64,000 nt of DNA from a virus, in the IMG/VR virus record IMGVR_UViG_3300037475_000064; one strand, written 5' to 3'. Shown piece by piece: positions 1 to 8,168 of this stretch. The notes under the pieces are model-generated. The model searched no databases. It was not told where the DNA came from and saw only the letters and a list, made by a program, of their open reading frames with translations. Made by a program: the position numbers and the translations under genes. How positions within the stretch are numbered: the stretch's first letter is position 1; each line of letters starts with the position of its first letter.

Positions 1-17
1 CTGCATAAGGGGTCCCC

Positions 18-515
18 ATGTCTGACGCGACAATCCATCTGCTCGTCACCGAAGCCCTGCTCCCCGCCCTCGTGATCTCCGTGGGCGTCGTCGCGTATGT
101 ATTCGGCATCAGGCCCGCGCTAAAACAGAACCCGGCGTTCAAAGAGTTGTACGCAACCGAGGACACTGTCATCAACGCCATCGCTGCGAAGCTCAACGGC
201 CTCAAGCAGAAGATCGCGACCGTCCTGTTGACCGCTGGCAGCGTCATTGTCATGGCCTACGACCAGTTGATGCCGCTCGCGCAGCAAGTCGGCGTCGAGC
301 CTTCGCAGATTTTGCCGAAGGTCCCGTCGTGGGTTTGGCCAGTGGGCTCCATCGCGGCCCTATGGCTTATCCAATATTTTCGGAACCTCTCTGACAAGCA
401 GGCCCGCGCGAACGCCGAGGCCTTGCTCAATGCCGGTCACCCGCTCGTTGCTCCGGCCCCCGGGCTTCCGGTCAATACGTTGCCGTCCCCGTTCCCCGAC
501 AAGAAGGACGCCTGA
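18..515 (+). CDS. membrane protein with about 3 TM helices (holin candidate)
   Basis: 165-aa ORF with ATG start; hydrophobic segments LLPALVISVGVVAYVFGI, IATVLLTAGSVIVMAY, WVWPVGSIAALWLIQYF; first of a run of small membrane-protein genes. Confidence 0.5.
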   Translation: MSDATIHLLVTEALLPALVISVGVVAYVFGIRPALKQNPAFKELYATEDTVINAIAAKLNGLKQKIATVLLTAGSVIVMAYDQLMPLAQQVGVEPSQILPKVPSWVWPVGSIAALWLIQYFRNLSDKQARANAEALLNAGHPLVAPAPGLPVNTLPSPFPDKKDA

Positions 516-517
516 TC

Positions 518-970
518 ATGTGGTTCATCAACCTGCTCATGGGGGCTCCCGCGCTGATCTCCGGCGCATTCGGCACCATCAACGGCATCACGAAGGCGCT
601 CTCTGACGCCAAGATCGCGGCGATCAACGCGACCACTCAGCAGGAAAAGATACACGCGGATGAGCGGGTCAACACGCTGCAAGCTCGTCGCGACGTGCTC
701 ATTGCCGAGGCCGGGTCCGGCTCGCGCATTAATCTCATCATGCGGTCCTGCTTCGCCGCCGTGGCGCTAATCGTGGTCGCCAAGCTCTACGTCTGGGACA
801 AGGTCATCGGCTCCTTCGTCGGTTGCTCGCAAGCGCTCCACGGAACCTGCGGCGCGTTCACGACCGACCCCATTGACGAGAACGGCTGGAAACTTATCGG
901 CATGGTCATGGGTTTCTACTTCGTCTCCGAGGTCACGCTCGGCGTGTCCCGGATTTGGAAATCAAAATAA
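518..970 (+). CDS. membrane protein, resembles GTA-type 3-TM holin family
   Basis: 150 aa; starts 3 nt after previous stop; N-terminal amphipathic/coiled region then C-terminal TM segments (CFAAVALIVVAKLYVW, LIGMVMGFYFVSEVTL); family assignment from memory only. Confidence 0.45.
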   Translation: MWFINLLMGAPALISGAFGTINGITKALSDAKIAAINATTQQEKIHADERVNTLQARRDVLIAEAGSGSRINLIMRSCFAAVALIVVAKLYVWDKVIGSFVGCSQALHGTCGAFTTDPIDENGWKLIGMVMGFYFVSEVTLGVSRIWKSK

Positions 971-992
971 AGAAAATCCGGGGGCGCGCGTA

Positions 993-1211
993 ATGGGTAT
1001 CGGTACAGTCGGAGACAATGAGACGCAACGCCTCATCGGTGAGATGAGCGCGAACATCAAGACGATCATGACGAAGCAAGCCGAGATGGAGGTCAAGCTC
1101 GACGCGGTAGTCGCGATGACCAATCGCTGGAAAGGCGCGACCACCATCCTGATCCTGCTCGGAGGATTTCTCGGCTGGGCCGCCAATCTGTTTTTCAAAG
1201 GGCACGCGTAA
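993..1211 (+). CDS. small protein with C-terminal TM anchor (spanin/holin-accessory candidate)
   Basis: ATG at 993 inside track ORF 873..1211; strong GC3 bias; C-terminal TTILILLGGFLGWAANLFF. Confidence 0.5.
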   Translation: MGIGTVGDNETQRLIGEMSANIKTIMTKQAEMEVKLDAVVAMTNRWKGATTILILLGGFLGWAANLFFKGHA

Positions 1212-1387
1212 TGGATATCGAGAAGGACATCCACATCCCGGCTCAGCTTGCGCTCGTCGGTATTCAGCATTTCCCGTTCAAGAACCGCAACGTGCTCAAC
1301 TTCTTTATTCAGGGCATCGCAGTGTTCCTGATCGCGGCGTGGGTCGGCTTCGAGGCCGGTCATCACGTCGTCTTCGTCTGCAACTGA
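1211..1387 (+). CDS. small membrane protein (58 aa)
   Basis: Below the track threshold; hand translation MDIEKDIHIPAQLALVGIQHFPFKNRNVLNFFIQGIAVFLIAAWVGFEAGHHVVFVCN; start overlaps previous stop (TAATG); GC3-rich. The antisense 153-aa track ORF is judged a shadow. Confidence 0.45.
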   Translation: MDIEKDIHIPAQLALVGIQHFPFKNRNVLNFFIQGIAVFLIAAWVGFEAGHHVVFVCN

Positions 1388-1400
1388 CGGAACAAAGTTC

Positions 1401-1538
1401 ATGAGCAAGAAACACGTCTTCACGATTGCGTTGAACGTTGCTTCGGGCCTCGCGCTGCTCTGCGCCGCGACGTGGTTCTCATATAACGCGTTCTCAATAC
1501 GCGATAGTGCTCAGGTCATCATACTCCAGACAAAATGA
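1401..1538 (+). CDS. small membrane protein (45 aa)
   Basis: Hand translation MSKKHVFTIALNVASGLALLCAATWFSYNAFSIRDSAQVIILQTK; stop overlaps next start (ATGA). Confidence 0.35.
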   Translation: MSKKHVFTIALNVASGLALLCAATWFSYNAFSIRDSAQVIILQTK

Positions 1539-1999
1539 TCTCCTATGCTTCTCCCCGTGCCGTGCTAGGTAGCATGGCTTCACTGGAGGTGCAAGCGATG
1601 ACCTATGTGCAACATGAGATTGATGCCATCGCGGACCGCATCCTAGCGCACGTGACCGATAAGCTCGTACATATCGTTCGGGCTACCATCAGAGAGGAAA
1701 TGAAACTTATGACAGACCAAGCCATCACTAACCTGAGCGCAGCGACCGACGCGATTGTCGCTGAGCTTGCCACCGCCGTCTCGACGGTGCAGACAGAAGC
1801 GAAGGCGCTCGCCGACGCGCTGGCGAACTCCGGCGCGGCGCTCGACCCGGCCATTCAAGCGCAGGCCGACCGTTTGACCACGGCGACCGGCGCTGCGGCC
1901 TTGGCTCTCGCGGCGCTCCAGACGGCCCCGGCCCCGGCGGCTGCACCGGCAACGACCGACCCGGCGACTGCCCCGGCAGCGGCCACGCCGACCGCCTAG
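1535..1999 (+). CDS. hypothetical protein, Ala/Pro-rich C-terminus
   Basis: 154-aa ORF, ATGA-coupled to upstream gene, followed by a strong hairpin terminator. Confidence 0.55.
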   Translation: MISYASPRAVLGSMASLEVQAMTYVQHEIDAIADRILAHVTDKLVHIVRATIREEMKLMTDQAITNLSAATDAIVAELATAVSTVQTEAKALADALANSGAALDPAIQAQADRLTTATGAAALALAALQTAPAPAAAPATTDPATAPAAATPTA

Positions 2000-2040
2000 C
2001 CCAGATCGAGTACGAAAGACCACAAAAGCAGAACGGCCCC

Positions 2041-2078
2041 GGAGGTGATCCGGGGCCGTTCCTTGTTCCGGGCGAAGT
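2041..2078 (+). terminator. intrinsic terminator, probably bidirectional, between convergent units
   Basis: AACGGCCCCGG (2041-2051) / CCGGGGCCGTT (2059-2069), 7-nt loop, T-rich tail CCTTGTT, A-rich stretch upstream. Confidence 0.7.
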
Positions 2079-2212
2079 CAAGCTTTGCCCGTAACGAGGT
2101 CGGTAAACGGTTAACATCCGGTTACCTCCGCAAGCCCGTAGGAAGGCCGCTGAGGGGCCTGCCAGTTGCCGGGCGTCTTGGGTCGGGGATGTTGCCCCGG
2201 CCCGCTCTCCGC

Positions 2213-2503
2213 CTACGCCCGCCCCGGCTTGCGGGCAGCTTTACGCTCTGCCGCCAGTTCCTTGAGCCGGGCGAACCGGGCCTCTTTCTTGGCCGCTTCG
2301 GCAGCCTCCAGTTCCTTGCGTAGCTGGCGCGTCGCTGCCTCTTCGACCTTGGTCGGCTTGTCCCGGAACGCTGAGCCCTGTCGGGTCAGCTTCCGGCCTC
2401 TCCATGCCGCCCGCCGCTCGTCCTGCGGTATCCGCAGGAAGTCGGGGAAGTCCTCAGTCATGATCGGTCTCTCGTTCGTAGCGAGATACTTCTTCGCATC
2501 CAT
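2213..2503 (-). CDS. hypothetical protein
   Basis: ATG at 2503 (MDAKKYL...) preceded by GGAGAG; last gene of the leftward block. Confidence 0.55.
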   Translation of the reverse strand: MDAKKYLATNERPIMTEDFPDFLRIPQDERRAAWRGRKLTRQGSAFRDKPTKVEEAATRQLRKELEAAEAAKKEARFARLKELAAERKAARKPGRA

Positions 2504-2717
2504 AGTTCTCTCCACATTTTCAAACAGCCCGCGCCCGAGACCATTCCCGAGCACGTGTGAAGAGTATAGCAAATCGACTTCTGCCAGATCGGGAGAGATG
2601 ATCGAAAACCTCGGTCGCGCTCACTGCGCTGCAAGGGTTTCTCTCACGAAAAGATTTTTGTTGACTGGGAAAACATAGGCCGAGACGCGCGTCATTGCAG
2701 CTATGCAACGCGAGAAG

Positions 2718-2951
2718 TCACTGCGGCTCCGAAGTAACATTTCGTGATCCGATGCGTTCGACGAGGCCCGCCGCTGCCCGCAAGTCTTCTGCTACACGAG
2801 CCCGCTCGTCAAGGGTCTCCATCGAAACGTCGTTGACGGTCACGCTCATCATCCAATCGCCCTGAGCAACGAAATGAGAGATCGCTACATTGTACTCGAC
2901 CGGCTTCGCCCGGAGCCTATGGATCACGAAGGCGTCGCGAGGGTCCGTCAT
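2718..2951 (-). CDS. hypothetical protein
   Basis: 77-aa ORF, ATGA overlap with upstream gene. Confidence 0.5.
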   Translation of the reverse strand: MTDPRDAFVIHRLRAKPVEYNVAISHFVAQGDWMMSVTVNDVSMETLDERARVAEDLRAAAGLVERIGSRNVTSEPQ

Positions 2952-3121
2952 TTCGATGGCCCGCGCTCCAAAGAGACCGCGTGATACCCCGCCGGGATGT
3001 GCGGCTTGACGAGCGTTTCCATCAACCTCCAGCGTGTTCGTGTCGGGAAGTCGAGCGGCAACTCAATCCACTCGCCGTCTGCATTCGGCTCTGCGTCCGG
3101 CACGATCTTGACGCGCGTCAT
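2948..3121 (-). CDS. hypothetical protein (57 aa)
   Basis: Internal ATG (MTRVKIVPDAEP...) at 3121 overlaps the GNAT stop by ATGA; upstream part of the track ORF looks like out-of-frame junk. Confidence 0.45.
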   Translation of the reverse strand: MTRVKIVPDAEPNADGEWIELPLDFPTRTRWRLMETLVKPHIPAGYHAVSLERGPSK

Positions 3122-3582
3122 ATGTCTACCCCCGACGTGAGAAGCTTGAGCATGAGGTACCACTCGTTGCCGAGATGGTGCAGCTTGAAGAAGCCGAACT
3201 TGGAGAAGAACTCCGGCTTCTGTGTGACGAGTTGGATCATCTGGCCGTCGAGCCCTTCGATCTCCATCAGCCGCCACTCGGTAAGCAGCCGACCGACGTT
3301 GCAGCCCTGATAGTTTTCGGCCACTGCAATCCAGATCAGATCGAACGCGCCCTTCATCAGCATCGACCGGGTATACGCGGCGAAGCCGACAACTACGTCT
3401 TTCTCATTGACCGCGACGATGAAGATCGGCGCGTATTGGCCGCCCTGCCAGCATTCAATAAATTGATCCCGACAGCGGTCAGCGGCCTCACTGCCCCAGT
3501 TCTTCGCCACGAGATCGCAGCATATCGGCATCTCGCTATAGTGGGGCGGCCTGATCCGTGTGTAAGGCGCTGCAATCTTCAT
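3118..3582 (-). CDS. GNAT-family N-acetyltransferase
   Basis: 154 aa; acetyl-CoA motif A-like IAVAENYQGCNVGRLLTE, typical GNAT length. Confidence 0.7.
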   Translation of the reverse strand: MKIAAPYTRIRPPHYSEMPICCDLVAKNWGSEAADRCRDQFIECWQGGQYAPIFIVAVNEKDVVVGFAAYTRSMLMKGAFDLIWIAVAENYQGCNVGRLLTEWRLMEIEGLDGQMIQLVTQKPEFFSKFGFFKLHHLGNEWYLMLKLLTSGVDI

Positions 3583-3585
3583 GGC

Positions 3586-3996
3586 TCACTTATCCATGTG
3601 GCTGTAGACCGGAGTCTTCCGGTCGAAGCCGCCAAACTGATCGGCTTTCCTCACCGGGCGCGCCTTCGCCTCTTCGTATTTGTCGATCTGATTTTCATGG
3701 AGAAAGGCGTCATACTGAGAGCCCTCCCATATCCAGTTGTACCAAACGATTTGCGCGAGCCACACGAGGTTCGTCGCAACGAGCACGACACCGCCGTAGA
3801 AGGAAAACCATTGGTCGAGGTGCGGATAGAAGTACAGGTTCCAGATGCCCCACGATGAGAAGAATGCCACGTGGAGCCACGAGACGCCGCGCACGACCTT
3901 TTCACGATGGAGCTTGATGACGGACAGGGCGATGAACGCGCCGCCGAGGCTTTCGTAGATGCCATTGATGAGATCGGGGATATGCACGGGGGACAC
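3586..3996 (-). CDS. integral membrane protein
   Basis: 136 aa, 3-4 aromatic-rich hydrophobic helices, polar C-terminal tail. Confidence 0.55.
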   Translation of the reverse strand: MSPVHIPDLINGIYESLGGAFIALSVIKLHREKVVRGVSWLHVAFFSSWGIWNLYFYPHLDQWFSFYGGVVLVATNLVWLAQIVWYNWIWEGSQYDAFLHENQIDKYEEAKARPVRKADQFGGFDRKTPVYSHMDK

Positions 3997-4118
3997 TCCG
4001 TTTGAGGGTATGCCCGTCCCCGCCGACCAAGGCGCGCTGTCGGCAGGGACGTTGGGTTGGCAGACCGAGGAACCGGGGAGTTACGCGTTACCCCGGCGGC
4101 CTACCCGGCACTCGTGGA

Positions 4119-4319
4119 TTACTGTTTGTCGCCGATGTACTCTTCGACGACTTCGAACTTGCCTGCGGTCGGATGATTGCCGCGCAGATTGAAGGTGCGC
4201 TCGCCGGATGGATTGGGCGAGCCTTCGTAGTTGCCCTCGACAACGACGGGCGGAAGCTCGTCTTGTGTGACTGTCGCGCGATAGCGACCGTTGACGTGGA
4301 CACGGACTGAGGTAGTCAT
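4119..4319 (-). CDS. hypothetical protein
   Basis: 66-aa ORF, ATGA-coupled. Confidence 0.5.
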   Translation of the reverse strand: MTTSVRVHVNGRYRATVTQDELPPVVVEGNYEGSPNPSGERTFNLRGNHPTAGKFEVVEEYIGDKQ

Positions 4320-4498
4320 GGGGTCTCTCCGAGGTTAGACGGTTTCTGTAATTCCCTGACTACCCAATTTTCGTAGCCGAGGCAAGCGAAACTTGCCCTC
4401 TCCGCATAAATTTCGGCTGCACGTTCGGTCTTGAAGGGACCGACCATGCAACCGACCATCCGGCCATCGACGATTTTGACGACAGCCCAGACCTTCAT
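4316..4498 (-). CDS. hypothetical protein (60 aa)
   Basis: ATG at 4498 (MKVWAVVKIVDG...) overlaps the phosphoesterase stop (ATGA). Confidence 0.5.
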   Translation of the reverse strand: MKVWAVVKIVDGRMVGCMVGPFKTERAAEIYAERASFACLGYENWVVRELQKPSNLGETP

Positions 4499-5628
4499 GC
4501 GACGTACTTCGGTTTTGTCGTGTCCCATGACAGCCACGCCGTAGAGCCGGGCTTTTTACGCTCAGCGGCGTCGAGGTAGATCGGCCATTGCGCCGTGATC
4601 CCGCGCTTCGGATGGATGAAGGCGAGCGCCTGCGTCGGGCGCGTCGGCCCGGCGCGCAGCACGAGACGAGCGTACTCGTTGTAGCCGATCAGCGAACCGT
4701 TCGCGAGCACCGGCACCGCATCGCCCCGAGGGATGTACGTATGATAGTGCCCGATCAGCAGCGTGTCGAAGTCGCGCCCGCACTGAGCTTCTGACCGACC
4801 GACCTTGATCGCGCCGCGTGCGATGGGGCCGAGCGCACCAATGATGCCGTCGCCGCCCTTGACGCCGAGCGTGTCGCCGTGCGTCAGCATGAAGCGGTGC
4901 CCGTAGATCGCGAAGTGAGCATCGACCTCGTTGGGGACGTGGATGGTGACACGGGCGTCGTCCTTGAACCACTGTTCAAGATGCTGATAGATCACCCACT
5001 CCCAACTGTCGAACACGCGGTTCTTCGCGCGGGGCTTGAGCGTGGTGCGCCCGTGATTGCCCGGGACGCAGGGGACGAACACCTTGCCGAACTTGTCGGC
5101 CAGCATGGCGATGAAGCCGATGAGTTGTTCCTCGACCTCGACCACTGACATCGTCACCGTACCGTCGTTGGTCTCACGAAGGTCCTCGTGGATGCCGCCC
5201 GTGATCATGTCGCCGCCGACACAGAACACGACGCCGGGATAGGAGGGCTTCGTCATATGATTGAAGCAGAGATCGATCACGGCATCGCCGAAAATCTTGA
5301 CGCGCTGCTTGGCGATCTTGCGGTTGAAGCTGTTCATGCCGCCGACCTGATCGGGGTCAACGAACTCGCCCCAATGCCAGTCCGATGCGAGGATCAGCGG
5401 GACGCCCGTGATGGAGCCCTTCGAGTGTGGCTTGTCGAGCCACTCCGGCGGTTCGCGCGTGTAGGCTTCGAGGCCAAAGATTTCCTGACGCAGGCTCTCC
5501 GCCGTGTCGTTGGCTTGCGTGCGGGCGCGAAGCTCTTTATTGAGCGCGTTAATCTGCGTCTGCTTGCCCCGGATGAGATCGTTTGCGTCGGCGAGCCTTT
5601 CGGCGTCGGTCTTTAACTGCTTCACCAT
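4495..5628 (-). CDS. calcineurin-like metallophosphoesterase with N-terminal coiled coil
   Basis: Motifs GDMITGGIH, GNHG, THGD, GHYH in canonical order; ATG at 5628 preceded by GAGAGGGA. Confidence 0.8.
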   Translation of the reverse strand: MVKQLKTDAERLADANDLIRGKQTQINALNKELRARTQANDTAESLRQEIFGLEAYTREPPEWLDKPHSKGSITGVPLILASDWHWGEFVDPDQVGGMNSFNRKIAKQRVKIFGDAVIDLCFNHMTKPSYPGVVFCVGGDMITGGIHEDLRETNDGTVTMSVVEVEEQLIGFIAMLADKFGKVFVPCVPGNHGRTTLKPRAKNRVFDSWEWVIYQHLEQWFKDDARVTIHVPNEVDAHFAIYGHRFMLTHGDTLGVKGGDGIIGALGPIARGAIKVGRSEAQCGRDFDTLLIGHYHTYIPRGDAVPVLANGSLIGYNEYARLVLRAGPTRPTQALAFIHPKRGITAQWPIYLDAAERKKPGSTAWLSWDTTKPKYVA

Positions 5629-5779
5629 GTCTATAGTCCCTCTCGGTTGCTCGCCCCTTCGGCGACTGTTTATAAATTCGTTTGCGATCAAGATATTTGG
5701 GCGAGTGCTGGTATCGTCGTCGGCGCTCACGCCCCTTCGGCGATTTGTTGTAACGGATTTGCCTGTTTTCCTCCGTCAT
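5549..5779 (-). CDS. small basic protein with three tandem 14-aa repeats (Y-x-x-S-P-K-G...)
   Basis: RYNKSPKGRERRRR / YQHSPKYLDRKRI / YKQSPKGRATERD; ATGA-coupled to upstream gene; last 26 codons overlap the phosphoesterase start. Confidence 0.4.
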   Translation of the reverse strand: MTEENRQIRYNKSPKGRERRRRYQHSPKYLDRKRIYKQSPKGRATERDYRHGEAVKDRRRKARRRKRSHPGQADAD

Positions 5780-6180
5780 GTTCGCGGGCGAGCGGGGACA
5801 GTAAATTTGAGAGATTTCAGATGCCGCTCCAGACGGCGGAGGTCATCGGCGCAAAGATGCCTTTCCGGGAATTTCTTTTTCACATCGACCGTGACGCCGC
5901 CGTAGGCGCTGCTTCGGCGCAGGAGAAGTGTCATTGCAAAGCCCTCGGCGAGTGCACGCCGGGAGCGACGACGCACCGGAAGTCGCTCTGTGCCGTTGAG
6001 TTCGTAGGCCATCTTGCGAAGCCAGCGCTTTGATGTCTTCGCATTCGGGAAATTCTTTTTGATCTCAGCGAGGATATGCTCGTAGTCGTATCCCACTTTC
6101 CGCCCGTAAATGTCAACATAGTTGACCCGAATAAAATAGTCGCGAGCGAACTCTTTTATCGTCTGCTTGCGTGAGGCCAT
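5776..6180 (-). CDS. hypothetical protein
   Basis: ATG at 6180 (MASRKQTIKEF...), directly after VRR-NUC stop. Confidence 0.5.
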   Translation of the reverse strand: MASRKQTIKEFARDYFIRVNYVDIYGRKVGYDYEHILAEIKKNFPNAKTSKRWLRKMAYELNGTERLPVRRRSRRALAEGFAMTLLLRRSSAYGGVTVDVKKKFPERHLCADDLRRLERHLKSLKFTVPARPRT

Positions 6181-6181
6181 C

Positions 6182-6619
6182 TTACCAGCCCTCGCAGGCG
6201 CGCAAGAGGATTTCGGGGACACTGGCGCTCGGGCTGATCTCGGCCATTCCCGCGAGGACGGTCTCGGTCGCGATGATCTTGTCGTACTGACTGCCGGGGA
6301 TGAGATAGAGCCTTGCTGCATGCGCCTCGCCAACCTGTATCAGGACCCAATGAAAGCGACAGCCCGCCTCCGTCCGCTCGCGGTGCCATATCGATTGGCT
6401 CTCCCGCGTCTTCGACCGTATGACCGTCGTGGCTCGTGCCGGGCGGTCATTCGATTTCAATTCAATCCAGCACTGATCCCCGTTGAGGACACCCTCGACA
6501 TCGGGATTGCCTTCGCCTGCGGAGTTCTCCAGCCTACAGAAGTGCGCGGCGTGTCCGCGCTTCTTCAATAACTTGACCGCTCGATTACAGCGGCCCCAGA
6601 GAGAACTCTCGCGCGCCAT
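6182..6619 (-). CDS. VRR-NUC / PD-(D/E)xK nuclease
   Basis: GNPDVEGVLNGDQCWIELK matches the PD...E-x-K core, followed by Q-containing helix (ESQSIW). Confidence 0.6.
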   Translation of the reverse strand: MARESSLWGRCNRAVKLLKKRGHAAHFCRLENSAGEGNPDVEGVLNGDQCWIELKSNDRPARATTVIRSKTRESQSIWHRERTEAGCRFHWVLIQVGEAHAARLYLIPGSQYDKIIATETVLAGMAEISPSASVPEILLRACEGW

Positions 6620-7131
6620 TAGCGACCGTCGAGTTCGTCGGCCAGCTTCCGGCGCGCTTCATATTCAGCGCGCGGCTCGACCTTGCCGACCGGCGGCTGC
6701 TTGATTTCCTGCGGGGCCTGCTCTCCGTTCGGGCCGACGAGCGAATTGGTTTCCTTGAAGGCGCGCGGATCAACGACGCCCTCCGGCAACTCCAGCCCGT
6801 ACTTGCGCTCCAGAACTTCTTGACAGAGCGCCCCGGCCCGCCAGAACAGCGCGACGGCTTCGAGGGCTTCGCCATCCATGCCATTGTAGTTGGCCACGTG
6901 ACGCATGATGCAGTCAGTATGATCCATACTCTTGCCGCGTGCGTGGTGCAGCGGCTCGCCCGGGTTGTGCTTCTCATTGCCGTTGTACGAGTGCTCGGCG
7001 AGCGCGGCGATGGCGTCGGGGAAGTAGGCCATCACACCGGAGAAGATCGGCACCTTCTTGCGGCCTGCGCTATCGAAGCGGTCGAGATAGCGGCGGAAGC
7101 GGACAATCGGAGACGATGACTTCTCGGGCAT
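6619..7131 (-). CDS. DUF5664-like protein (dATP/dGTP diphosphohydrolase N-terminal-like)
   Basis: FPDAIAALAEHSYNGNEKHNPGEPLHHARGKSMDHTDCIMRH resembles the remembered signature of this phage family; needs HMM confirmation. Confidence 0.4.
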   Translation of the reverse strand: MPEKSSSPIVRFRRYLDRFDSAGRKKVPIFSGVMAYFPDAIAALAEHSYNGNEKHNPGEPLHHARGKSMDHTDCIMRHVANYNGMDGEALEAVALFWRAGALCQEVLERKYGLELPEGVVDPRAFKETNSLVGPNGEQAPQEIKQPPVGKVEPRAEYEARRKLADELDGR

Positions 7132-7158
7132 GTGATCCTCGTTTGGCTGGGGACAGGT

Positions 7159-7407
7159 TTAGGCGCGCTGCCCGCGCTGGCGCGCGAGCATGCGGATGTC
7201 GTCGATGACGCCGCTGACGTAACCGGCGATGAAGCTGGGGGTTGAGTTCTCGATTTCTTCGTGTTCTTCGTTCGTGAGATCGGGCTGCTTGTGCATCTCA
7301 TCGATCTCGTGCGCGATATCCATCACGTGGTCTATGCCGTGGCCTGCGCGGTATGCAGCGAGGCCCTGAGTGTGACGAGCGCGGACAAGCTTGGGATGAT
7401 GCGACAT
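7159..7407 (-). CDS. hypothetical protein
   Basis: 82-aa ORF with GAGAGG RBS. Confidence 0.5.
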   Translation of the reverse strand: MSHHPKLVRARHTQGLAAYRAGHGIDHVMDIAHEIDEMHKQPDLTNEEHEEIENSTPSFIAGYVSGVIDDIRMLARQRGQRA

Positions 7408-7480
7408 ACGGCGAGCCTCTCAAATAAATTGAGGCTGTTGCCTACACGACACTGGCGGGAATTGCAATAGGGTTAACCGC

Positions 7481-7504
7481 AGAAAAATGCCGCCCGGAGG
7501 CGGC
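7481..7504 (-). terminator. intrinsic terminator
   Basis: Minus strand reads GCCGCC-TCCG-GGCGGC followed by ATTTTTCT. Confidence 0.6.
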
Positions 7505-7736
7505 GATGTCGGCAGTGAGGGACGAATATAACCGACCCTACCTCAAAGATTTGTCGCAGAGCTTGGGGTCCTTAAATTCGGCGGCTCTGCGCGACATCTG
7601 AGTATCCTCGCACGTCCGCTGAAAGATGTCAAGACGGGAGGGCGACGACAGCAACGGCGCAACCCTCCCGTCCGCTAGGTTTGGCTCCGCAAGGGGGATG
7701 CAGAGCCGCCCCAAGTCTAGCGCGTGTTAAGCCGCG

Positions 7737-8087
7737 CTAGTGTCTGTGTCCGGGGCCGAACGTCTGGCCGCCGTCGTGCGAGTGGATACCCGCGCCGAGG
7801 GCCTGTCTGTTGACGCCACGGCCCGCAATCTGTTCGGCCTGCGCGATCTTAGCCTTCGTCAGCGACGAGCCGCTGATCATCAGTTGCCGGTACACGCAAG
7901 CGTCCGTGACACCGTCGCGAAGGTTCTCATCGAACCCTTGGAACGCGATAGCCCCAGTGAGCTTATCGATCACCGGCTTGACACGACCGGCAGCGATCAG
8001 CGAGTTCACGTCGTAGATCACCTTCTTGACTTCGGCCTTCCGCTCGGCGAGCGTTTGGCGCTGTTTCAATCGGGTCTCACAAGCCAT
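7737..8087 (-). CDS. hypothetical protein
   Basis: 116-aa ORF. Confidence 0.5.
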   Translation of the reverse strand: MACETRLKQRQTLAERKAEVKKVIYDVNSLIAAGRVKPVIDKLTGAIAFQGFDENLRDGVTDACVYRQLMISGSSLTKAKIAQAEQIAGRGVNRQALGAGIHSHDGGQTFGPGHRH

Positions 8088-8168
8088 TTCCGTCTCCTAG
8101 TTGCTGATAGGATCACGAGGTTATAGTGGAACCCGAGGCGGCCCGCAAGAGCCGCCTCGGGGTTGTGG

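Noticed and set aside
7538-7597. 19-aa ORF (MSRRAAEFKDPKLCDKSLR) with a GAGGA RBS in the 230-nt gap before the 7481-7504 terminator
   Set aside because: It is too short and has no supporting features, so it may be chance. The gap could equally be a structured 3' UTR.
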